Positions 24,700 to 35,561 of a DNA stretch of 52,597 bases are shown one piece after another. The notes beneath the pieces are model-generated. The model searched no databases, had not been told where the DNA came from, and worked only from the letters and a program-made list of their open reading frames with translations. Made by a program: the position numbers and the translations under genes. This DNA is from Spirogloea muscicola (Eukaryota): NCBI GenBank assembly GCA_009602725.1, contig WELB01000027.1, forward strand, positions 59,683 to 112,279, in the 5' to 3' direction. Within the stretch, counting starts at the first letter, position 1. Each line of letters begins with the position of its first letter.

Positions 24700-26170
24700 T
24701 CAAGAAAGTAAGGGGATGGCTGTGAGAGGCCAGCCCAAAGGAATGTACAAGGTTTGAACTGAAATGCCAGGCGCAAACGGGACACCTTTCCGTGAATTTA
24801 CAGAAGAGCCACACCACGTAGAGACGACCAAGTGTCCCAGCTCAGCTTTCAATCTTCCAGGTCCGCCTCCGCTGTTTCGTGGGGCCCACGATACGGGCGG
24901 CTGACCGCACTGGGCACGTCCTAGGCTCGCGGGAGGCGCCACCGCGCACACGAGGACACGCCTGCCCCGCCAAGCTGCCCTTATTGCTGGGGGTGTCCTG
25001 TGCACAGTGCAGCCTGCCTGAGGCACCACTCGGCAGGGCGGCAGATCGCTTCCATGGTGAACCGGTAGACTTTCCTGCAGCCGGGTCGCTGGCGCAAGTG
25101 TATCGCATGCGCTTGGCCGTCTCGCTGCAGAGGTCCATGGCCCGTGCGCTGCACCTTCGTGCCGGGAGAGCCCTCGCTGCTGCCTCTGGCTCTGTCCAGG
25201 GGACCCACTTCCAGGACCCTAGCCTCTCTGATTTGCGGCTGCTTAGCAGGGGTTACTGAGTGACTTGTAGCTGCTTTCTTTCTTTGTGTGCTTTGGTTTC
25301 TTAGCACTTCCTCTGGCTTCCTCTGGCCCCCTTCTCGTTCTTTGTTCATTCTGTTTTGGGCTGGCTTGTCCAGCCCCTATCCTCAATGGGCGAGCCCGAT
25401 CCCACCTCAAGCTTCGTCGCAGTAGACTGCGCTCGGGCCCAGCGCTGTGAGAGGCCGTGTGAGAAAGAATTGGGCTTTCCCAATGGCGAGCCTTCTTCTT
25501 TTTTCCCAATGGGGCAAGGGCTGGGAGAAGCCAGCCCGGAAAGAACACGCTTCCAAATTGACTGGTGAAAACAAGAAGTGGTTCTGCCGATAGTGGCAAG
25601 GGCTTTGAAAAGGCAGCCCGAAAAGAATTGACGAGGTTCGAAGGGGCCAAACTAAGAAGGGGCCAGAGGCGCTAGCTCGTAACTAGGGTAGGATGAATCA
25701 CTCAATAATAACGAGTGAGAAGCCTCAAATCCGACAGACTAGCTGGCGGAAAACAATCCCCTGACAAAAAGCCCCCTGGTGGAAAGCCTAAGCCCGGAAA
25801 GAATTGACAAGGTTCGAAGGGGCCAAAGTACGAGGGGGTCATAAGCGCTATCTCATAACTGGGGAAGGATGAACCACTCACTAACTACGAGTGAGGAGCC
25901 TCAACTCCGACAGACTAGCTGCCGGAAAACAATCCCCCAAAGCCTCTATGGGCGAGCAATTTTTCCTGACGAAAGCCAGAGGCTGGAGCACGGCCAGCAC
26001 ACAGGTGCCAGGCGTGGGCCATGGACCGTTGTAGATAGGGGGCTGGAAAAGCCAGCCCAAAAGGACTAACAAGGCCGGGAGGCAAATAACATAGCGTTCT
26101 CCATGACTTTTTTGAAAGTGGGGGCTCAATATATCTCCTAGTCAGCATGTGTAGATCAAAGTAAGTAGAG
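24700..26170. mobile_element. nested array of RLE retrotransposon fragments: 24700-24845(-), 25047-25396(+), and three or four minus copies at 25505-26170
   Basis: 25047-25259 encodes RFHGEPVDFPAAGSLAQVYRMRLAVSLQRSMARALHLRAGRALAAASG...LSDLRLLSRGY*, almost identical in protein to 4355-4570. 25617-25762 and 25793-25937 are diverged direct repeats. Confidence 0.87.
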
Positions 26171-26377
26171 CTCGTGGGTCCCGGGCCCACGAGCGCCTTG
26201 TACCGGGCGGGGGCACAGGAGCCACGAGGGCCCCCCTGGTGCGGGCCCTGGTGCGGGCCCGCTGGGCCCCGCGGCGCTCCCAGGCAAGCCTCGCCGACGG
26301 GGTAGGTCCTGGTAGGTAGCTCCTCGTGTCCTCCTAAAATTTTTTTTTNGGCGGCGGCGCCGGCGGCGGCGGCCACC

Positions 26378-28077
26378 ATGTCCGCGGCCTCGGCGAACAC
26401 GAGCCTGCCGCGGCGGATCATCAAGGTGCGGCCCCGCCTTGACGACGGCCCCTCGGCAACCTCCCGCCGCCCCGGCCCTCGCTCGGAGCTCAGGTTGGCC
26501 ACGTCGCTGACGCGCCGCGGCGCTGCGCCGTCGCCGTTGCCGCTTGCGCTGCCCGGCTGCAGGAGACGCAGCGGCTGCTCACGGAGCCAGGTGCGGTTGC
26601 CGGCGACACAGCCTCCCCTTCTAATCATTGTTCAATTTCCCGTTACATCTGCGGCGCGACGAGCCGAGCCAATTGCTTCGGCCATGGCGCGGTCGCCTCC
26701 GCTGGAGGCAAAGCCCCATCCCGTGGCCTCCACCATCGGCGTCGCTTACGGTTCCCGCCCCTGCCTGTCGCCGATGCAGCGCCGGGCATCAGCGCGTCGC
26801 CGTCGGAGGAGAACCTCCGCTACTTCAACGTCATGATCCTCGGGCCGGAGCAGTCGCCCTATCAAGGTCCTCACCATCCGTCCTGGCATCGCGACCAGCA
26901 ACTCCCGGCAGTCTGTGGTCGCGATGCAGTGCTTGCATTGGCTCACTGGACAGAAAGCCGGGTTGATGAAACCCTCCTCGTCACGTCACCCTCTGGACCC
27001 CCGTCAGCATGGCTTGGTCCAGTGTACGGGGTGAGTTGACGAGCGAGCGAAGTTAGCAGCTCAATCGGCGCGTGTCCTGGGGGGCATGACAGGTGGGGTG
27101 TTTAGGCTCGAGTTGTTCCTGCCCGAGGAGTACCCCATGGCAGCGCCCAAGGTGAGGCCTGCTTGCTTTCATGTCAAACATTGCTTGCTGGGGAGGACAC
27201 CGGGGACAAGGCAGTCAATGCACATCAGTGTTAATGTTGAGCTTGATTCCTTGGTACAATTGTCAAGTTACTTCAGTGCTTCTAGCTTTAGCCTGTCCAG
27301 TGCTGTGCCCAGCAGCTGTACTCCGGTCGCCAAGCCCTGGGTCTCTGAGCCTGGCGCTCTCTTGCAAGCCAGGTGCGCTTCTTGACGAAGATCTACCACC
27401 CAAACATCGACAAGGTGTGTCATAGCCACGCTACTGGCATACTCACGCGGTGCAAATGCTCTCCTCTGTGCGAGATTTCTGGCTCACTATTCTCACAGAG
27501 GTCTGCTTGGGGCATGCCTGTCAGCTGGGGCGAATTTGCTTGGACATTTTGAAGGACAAGTGGAGTCCAGCGCTGCAGATACGGACTGTCCTCCTCAGGT
27601 ATTACTGGAGGCTGGAACCTTTACCTCAGCTTGCAGCTCCATGCCTATAGCTCTTTGCCTTCTTGCCACTGGCCAGCTGCGGTTGGGCTTCTTGTGCTGC
27701 GCCAATTATATCCGCACGCCAGGATGAGCTTGAGCTCCATGTCGTCAGCAGCACTGATTGACTACTAGAGCATTTAATATGTGCAGCATCCAGGCCCTTC
27801 TGAGTGCGCCAAATCCAGACGACCCGCTGGCGGATAACATAGCCAAGCACTGGAAGACCAACGAGCCCGAAGCTGTGGCCACAGGTGACCCACCATTTGC
27901 TTCCAATGTGACAATTGAGACAGGCAGTCTGAATGTCGCCTCCCGGAAGGGCCGGGATACTGCCTCCAAGCCATCGCATCAGTATGCACTGCTCTCGGTC
28001 ACGGCCATCTGACACTTGGCCCCCGTCTTTCTGTGCCAGCGCGGGAGTGGACTCACTTATACGCGACGGGGGCCTAG
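26378..28077 (+). CDS. UBC13: ubiquitin-conjugating enzyme E2 UBC13 (UBC35/36), K63-linked chains, 8 exons
   Basis: [148 protein letters not shown]. Confidence 0.97.
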
Positions 28078-28889
28078 TTGGCCTCACTCGCTCCGCCACC
28101 CACTTCTCCATTGCTCCGAAGCTAAAGCTGGCAGTCAATGGCTTGGCTTGCTAGGGTAGCCACAAGGAAGTTGGCAGGTTGTGAGGTGGATTCTGGGGGC
28201 AGCCCGAGGAGTGGCGGTGCTTATGGTGGACATCATGCAAAATGATGCCCATCGGGATGATGCTGCTGCAAGGGCGCAGATGCGGTCTTGCAGCGGGCGT
28301 CTGCTTCGACCAGACCAAGTGGTAGTCTGCGTAGGGCAAAATTGGCCAGCTCGCGAGTAGGCAGGCGTTGGATTAGGACTAGGAGATTGGCGTTGTTATC
28401 GCAGTGTCACCTTCATGGTTCGAAGCTGCCGATGAGGGGCTCTGATTGCACCTCTAGCTACAGATTGGCCAGCGGAGACGTTCATCATCATCGCGGCCAG
28501 CTACGCCCAAAGAAGGACAGACCATCTGCTGTAGCAGCTCACACAGCGAGCATACAACCAGAAGCACTGGTCCATGCAATGACGGGAAAGCAACATGCGC
28601 ACTGCACCACTTGGATCGACTGCCCGCAGGTAGTCTTTGAACAATTGAAAGCCAGTTGTGGACGAAGCTGTCATTGGCGCTGTTTCTTCATCGGCAGCCT
28701 CAACCATCCGCACACTGCATATGCTCAGGCTAGTCGGCTGGTCAGAGTGGCAGTGGCCTCGGTCATCATTGCCATCAGTGCCATCGTCAAGTCATGCCTG
28801 ACTGAAGCCGAGTATGAGGCTGTGGTGGCGTGCACGGTGGGGCAATCTGCAAATGGGCCGCCGGGGCCGTCAGTCATTGCAGCCAGTGG

Positions 28890-29076
28890 TCATTCGTTCA
28901 TCACGGGCTTGTTCTCGCTCGCCTTGGGCTTATCCTGCTTCGGCCGGTCCTCACCCTGCTTCTTGCTGCGCGCGCCAAGCGCATGCCGACACAAGGGCTT
29001 CAGAAGCGCGCTGCAGCTGCCTGGGCACAGCGCAACCTCGCCACGATTCTCGGAAGGCACGAGCCGAGAGATGCGA

Positions 29077-29107
<31 letters not shown>

Positions 29108-29199
29108 AGAGGGAGGAGGGGCGCGCACCCCTTGTCGCCGCCAGCGCCCTTCTGGCTGAGGAACGAGCGGAAGAGGCTCGAGGTCACGTCGTAGATCAT
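28890..29199 (-). CDS. wound-induced basic protein family microprotein, 48 aa, 2 exons
   Basis: Exons 29199-29129 and 28965-28890 with a GT-AG intron: MIYDVTSSLFRSFLSQKGAGGDKGKKQGEDRPKQDKPKASENKPVMNE*. Matches the recalled plant consensus MIYDVNSPLFRSFLSQKGG...PKASENKPVMTE. Confidence 0.92.
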
Positions 29200-29664
29200 G
29201 CTGGCGGCGGCGCAGCGGCGCCGGCGGGCGGCGGCTGCGGTGGTGGCGGCGGCGGCGGCNNNNNNNNNNNNNNNNNNNNNNNNNNNNNNNNNNNNNNNNN
29301 NNNNNNNNNNNNNNNNNNNNNNNNNNNNNNNNNNNNNNNNNNNNNNNNNNNNNNNNNNNNNNNNNNNNNNNNNNNNNNNNNNNNNNNNNNNNNNNNNNNN
29401 NNNNNNNNNNNNNNNNNNNNNNNNNNNNNNNNNNNNNNNNNNNNNNNNNNNNNNNNNNNNNNNNNNNNNNNNNNNNNNNNNNNNNNNNNNNNNNNNNNNN
29501 NNNNNNNNNNNNNNNNNNNNNNNNNNNNNNNNNNNNNNNNNNNNNNNNNNNNNNNNNNNNNNNNNNNNNNNNNNNNNNNNNNNNNNNNNNNNNNNNNNNN
29601 NNNNNNNNNNNNNNNNNNNNNNNNNNNNNNNNNNNNNNNNNNNNNNNNNNNNNNNNNNNNNNNN

Positions 29665-32600
29665 CGGCCATCGCCCGGCGGGCGCAGCTGGAGCTGGCGG
29701 GCGGCCTCGACCGCGGCGAACTCCCGCCGCCCGTCTTCGATGCCGCCGCCGCCACGCTGCGCGACCGCCTCGTCGAGCGCCTGCGCGCCACCGAGGACCT
29801 CTGCCGCGCCGCGGTCCGCCCTTGCCTCCGCCGCTGCCGCCGCCGCTGCCGCAGCCGCCGCCGTGCTTCGCTGGGGCTGGCGCTCACCGCGCGGCGGCGG
29901 GGGCGCAGGACGCGAAGCTGGTGCACTACCTGTCGCTGGAGTTCCTGATCGGCCGCTCGCTGCAGAACGCCGTGCACAACCTCGCGCTCCAGGTGAGCGC
30001 GCCCCTGCGTCGCCGCTGCGATCGCCCGGCGGGAGGCTCGCGAGCTCCACAGCCTGAGGCGCGGCATGGCGGCTGCCAGGACGAGTACGCCGAGGCGCTG
30101 CGCAAGCTGGGCTACAGGCTCGAGGACGTGGTGCGTTGCTGCCGCTCGCTTGGCTTTGGGTTTACGAATAGGATGACGAAACCCAGCATCAAAGCTAGTA
30201 GAGCAATTACTCCAGCATTAGCAAAACCCATCGTGGCGAAGTATGCCACTCGGCAGGCTGCTGGTAATGTGCAGCTCGCAATTGAGCTAAATGCCGCTGA
30301 CTGGCTTTGCAACGGCGGCGGCGTCGGCGCCCATTTCGGTCTCCCGCCTCTGCCTTGCCCGTCGTACGAGTGCAGGCCGCGGAGGAGCGGGACCCCGCTC
30401 TGGGCAACGGCGGCCTCGGCCGGCTCGCCTCGTGCTTCCTGGACTCGCTCGCCACGCTCAACTACCCCGCCCGCGGGTCAGCCCGGCTCTGCTCTTATCA
30501 GGACTTGATAAGAATCAAGAGGAATATCGAGAGGATTGCAACTGATACTGTCTTAAGAGCGGCTGTAAAGGCCAGCCAGGCAGCGGCCTTCGTCGGTAGA
30601 GTCAGCTGCGGCAACCGCGGCCGGCTCGTTGCAGCTCCTGCCGTGTTGCGGTGACAGGTACGGCATCCGGTACCGGTACGGCATGTTCGAGCAGCGCATC
30701 GAGGGCGGGCGCCAGGTCGAGCGGCCCGACTGCTGGCTGCGCGACGACGGCACCTCCGCCTGGGAGATCCGCCGGCCGCACCTCCGCTTCCCGGTGCGCT
30801 TCTACGGCCACGTCGTGACCACGCGCGACGCCGACGGCGGGCGCGTGCGCTCCTGCTGGGAGGGCGGCGAGGTCGTCATGGCCGTGGCCTACGACACGCC
30901 CATCCCGGGATTTCGCACGCTCAACACCGTCTGCATGCGCCTCTGGAGCAGGTGAGGCCTCGTTGTGTGCTCGACGCAACGTAGTGGCGCAGCTGCGAGC
31001 AGTGCTTGGTACGGCAATTGCACGGCCATCGTGTCGAAGAAGTTCTTGACGGCCTCGTTGCTCTATCGGCTTCGCTGCCTGCAACATGGAGGAGCTGCCA
31101 GCCGGCCGTGCGAGGAGTTTGACCTGGGCAGCTTCAACGAGGGCCGGCATCTGAGTGCGGTGGAGGCCCGGGCGCGTGCCGAGGCTATCAGCAGTGTGCT
31201 CTACCCGAGCGACACGAGCGACGCCGGCAAAGAGCTGCGGCTCAAGCAGCAGTTCTTCTTCGTGTCCGCCACTCTGCAGGTGACATGTGCAGTACTTGAC
31301 TTGCCAGCTTGACTGACTGCTAAATCCACGGTTCATTGTCGCAACTTGCTGGACTTCCGAAGGTCACTGAGGCTCTGTGTAGCTGCCTGCTGAGCGAAAG
31401 TACCTGCCTGCCGCGCCCGCTGCTCCGTGGCACTCGACCAGGACATTCTGGCGACATACCGCCGCACTGGGCGGCCTCTGTCGGAGCTGTACACCAAGGT
31501 GGCTGTGCAGCTCAACGACACGCACCCCAGCATCGCCATCCCCGAGCTCATGCGCCTGCTGCTGGACCAGGAGGTGCCTTCGCAAACCCAGATGAAAGTC
31601 AATGTCCTGATCAGCTCCACATGTTGTGTTGCTCTGCATGACGTATTCTATTGGGCACGCTGCACGCTCAAGCAAGCCGCAACGGCCTGCCCGACTGCAC
31701 AGCAAGCACACTCGGTCTCTGAGCGCCTGTAACGCACCTGGAAGCATGCGGTTGCGGTTCTTGCTTTCGCAGGGCATGGAGTGGGCGGATGCATGGGAAA
31801 CGACGGTGCGGACGTTCTCGTACACGAACCACACCATTCTGCCAGAGTCGCTCGAGCGCTGGCCGGTGCCGCTGCTCCAGGCCCTCCTGCCTCGGCACAT
31901 GGAGATCATATACGAGATCAATCACCGGCACCTGCAGGTGCAGAAGTGACTTGAAAAGCGTGCATGCAGCGACCTTCACTACCCAGACTTTGACCCGTAA
32001 TTAGCAGAATGATTCTGTGATCTCCACGGTATGTTGTTCTGATCGTTGTGGCAGCTGGGAAGCAGGGCGTGGAGGCACGGTGGAAGGACGACACGGCACG
32101 GCTGAGCCGCATGAGCATCATTGAGGAGAGCTGCCCGAAGATGGTGCGCATGGCCGTGCTGGCGACTGTGGGCTCGCACACCGTCAATGGCGTGGCGGAG
32201 ATCCACACCTCGCTCGTGCGCTCGCGCCTCTTCCCCGAGTTTGTCGAGCTCAACAGCCACAAGTTCCAGAACAAGACCAATGGCGTGAACCACCGCCGCT
32301 GGATGCTCATCGCCAATCCTGCCCTCTGCAAGGTCTGCCTCCTCAACAACAGCTGGTGCAATCTGGCCAACAGTACTTAGACGTGCACCTTAATGTTCCG
32401 GGAAGCCATATCCCTTCTATGTTCAGCATCAGCTTCTCAAAATCGACATGTGGTCAGTGCTGGGTTGTCACAATCGTGCTCCACTCTGAAACATGGTTGG
32501 CTGCGACGTTGCAGGTCATCACGCGGTGGCTGGGCACGGACGCATGGCTGTTAAACCTCAACTACCTGCAGGTACCCTGACCATCTTCTCGCCGTGCTCA

Positions 32601-34964
32601 TTATGAGCAGCACCTTGCACTTGCCTGCCTTGCCAATCAAGCTCGGGCTTGCTCAAGCTCAGATTATCGTGCAGCGGATTCCCAAAGGATCTGCCATGGG
32701 TGCCTAGAGATTCACACTCAAGTGGATCACTTCCTGTGTACCACCCACAAGCCAGGGCCTCAAGGAGCATAGCGAGGATGTGGAGCGGCAGCAGGAGTGG
32801 CGGGCCGCCAAGCAGGCCAACAAGCAACGCTTGGCTGCCTTCATTCAGAAGACCACAGGCTTGCGGGTAATATGAATAATCTAGAACAAGATATGTGTTG
32901 GTGGCCGTGTATCACGCTTCTTGTAGGTGGATGTGCCGCCTGCGGCATTGCGAGGCAGGTCTATGCCCGCCTCCCGCAGTACTGCCTCTTATTCAAGTGA
33001 GAGTAATCAATGACAGCTCGGTGTGTGGGCATCTGCAGGTGGACAAAGATGCACTCTTTGACATACAAGTCAAGCGGATCCACGAGTACAAGCGGCAGCT
33101 GCTCAACATCCTCGGCCTTATCCACCGATACAATCATATCAAGGTGATGGCACGCGTGCACCGAATTGTCTTGATGCCGCGAGCATCGGTATTCGCCGCA
33201 TGTAGGCCCCCAAGCTTTGCTGTCTAACATGTGAAAAGTGGGCGACAGTCGTGCACGTGGGAGGAGAGGTCGCACATGGTTGCACGCGTGGCCGTCTTTG
33301 CTGGCAAAGCAGCGGCGTCCTACCAGCTTGCCAAGTGCATCATCCACCTGATAAACTGGTGCTCTTTCATCACTATCTCCTGTGTGCCGCACTTGCATCT
33401 GCACCATGCTCATGCTGTTAGCAGCCCTGGACGGTACATCGTGGACGTGGACCTTACAAGCAGCAGATCTTGCCACCTGTATACCTCTGCTTGCAGCGTG
33501 GCAGCAACGGTTAACAATGATCCGGACGTTGGAGACATCCTCAAGATCGTCTTCCTGCCAAACTACAATGTGTCCCTTGCAGAGGTCCAACATGCTCTGT
33601 GCCCTTCATTGGTTTTCCATTGCCATTGTGTACTCCTCTCCAGGATAATATATAGTTCTAGCTCCCCAATTAGGACTTCACTCACCTGCAAACCTCACAA
33701 GCAAGCAGACCCACAGCCTGCACTAAGAGTCTGCACTGATGAACTTGTCTCTGCAGGTCATCATACCTGCCAATGACATCTCACAGCACATCAGCACGGC
33801 AGGCATGGAGGCCAGTGGCACCTCCAACATGAAGTTTGTAATGAATGGCGGGCTTGTCGTAGGCACCATGGATGGCGCCAACATTGAGATTGCTGACGCG
33901 ATTGGCCGCGAGAACATGTTCATCTTCGGTGCAACCGCGGAGGAGACAGACCTTCTGCGCGATGCCCTCAAGTACCGCCACCTTATGCTGGACGACCGCC
34001 TTTCTCAGGCAAGCACACAATGACTCTCTTACTAGCAGATTAGCATATTTCTAAGTTGCGATGAGCATACATAGACCTGGGCACACTCACCTTGCCAGTT
34101 AAGGAGCTCGCAGCAGTGCCCCAATATCCCAGTCAAGAGCTTGCTTGGTTGTGCAGGTCTTCCACACACTTGAGGTGGGCACATTCGGGCCATATGACGA
34201 CTTCCGACCGGTGCTGGATCCCCTCCGGCAAGGCCACGACAACTACCTCATCAGCCACGATTGGCCATCTTACCTTGATGCCCAGGTACCCAATGGCTCG
34301 ACGGCGACTATGCTAAACCCCGTGTTCACCTGACATACTTTGGCTGCGTGCTTCTTGGAATAAGGACTAAAGACGTCAACATCTTCGGCAGGCCCTTCTC
34401 ATGTTGCTATTATTGCAGCCAACCATTAAGGAAGGCTCCTCCAGCTAATGTTTGGGATGACTGTAGATTTTGACTTCGACTTTGCAGCACTCAGTGGACC
34501 AGATCTTCTCCGACCCTTTTGACTGGACGCGCCGCTGCATTGTAAGCGCCAACTTGCAGATCACGGTGGCAGTTTCATAGATCTGCCAATCCATGCTCTC
34601 ATCAGGGCCCACATTGATTTTGGGCTTCTGTTATATGCACAGGTTGCTTGCGATTGACTCAGCAATGTGTCTACAAGGGCCTCATCATCATCCTTGTGTG
34701 TGGTTGCTGTCTGCTCTTGGCAGGCGAGCACGGCATTGATGGGGCAGTTCAGCAGCGACCGCACCGTCCAGGAGTATGCGCAGGACATCTGGCGCCTCAA
34801 GGTAAAGGCAGCTGGAGGAATGTGGCTTGTCCTTTGGGTTGCAACTGCAGGTGTATGAGGCTCTCACTGACATGTGAGGTGCTTACATGTGAGGGGCTTA
34901 CACTGAGAAATTTTCTGCTGCATGGTCTGGCACGCAGGCATTGCCAATGAAGCCGAGCAAGTGA
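29665..34964 (+). CDS. alpha-1,4-glucan (starch/glycogen) phosphorylase, about 20 exons; 5' end in the gap
   Basis: [99 protein letters not shown]-site [30 protein letters not shown]; last exon ALPMKPSK*. Confidence 0.96.
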
Positions 34965-35561
34965 CACACACTGTACATACAGAGACGTAGAATCCTGGCG
35001 GCGTTGCGAGGGGCTGCCACTGGCAGGCAGATGGGCACAGCTGAGAGTGTGCTGGAAGGGGTGGCGCTATCCGCTTACTTGGTGCCCGCCATCTACTCAT
35101 CAGGCCCAGGAGCTGCACCGCACTCGGCGCTGGTGAAGGGTGGCGGCAGCTCGCACGTCGCATGTGTGATTGGTAGTAATCTTAACTGTTAGGGAGGTAG
35201 TTCATGGGTAGCAAAGGGGATTCAATTTACCAGGGTGTGTTAAGAAAAAGCTGGTGGAGGTAGTTGCAGGTGCAGTGTTGTGTGGTTGTGTGTGCATCGT
35301 TCATCACGGTGGTCGATGTACGGTTCTTGCCTTGCAGAAACGCTCGCTTGGAGCCTCAGATCGCAGCAACATGTGTGCCTCGCATCCAAGTTTGTCAATC
35401 CTCTTCTACTGCACACGCTGGCCGGCTCGTCGAACATGTGCTTACTTACCCCCTTACCGGAGTCAGTCCACGTACATGAGATTACCAAGACAGCATCAGA
35501 AGTTTCAACCAAAGACCTGGTTCGGCCAAAGACCAGGCGGGAGGCAGGTGGAGCACCAGTA

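Noticed and set aside
25617..25937. Shared 5' breakpoint defining a fixed-length non-autonomous element, or a pair of LTRs
   Set aside because: The first copy extends a little further and the second continues past a small insertion to about 26030, so breakpoints differ; no TG...CA ends, PBS or internal region.
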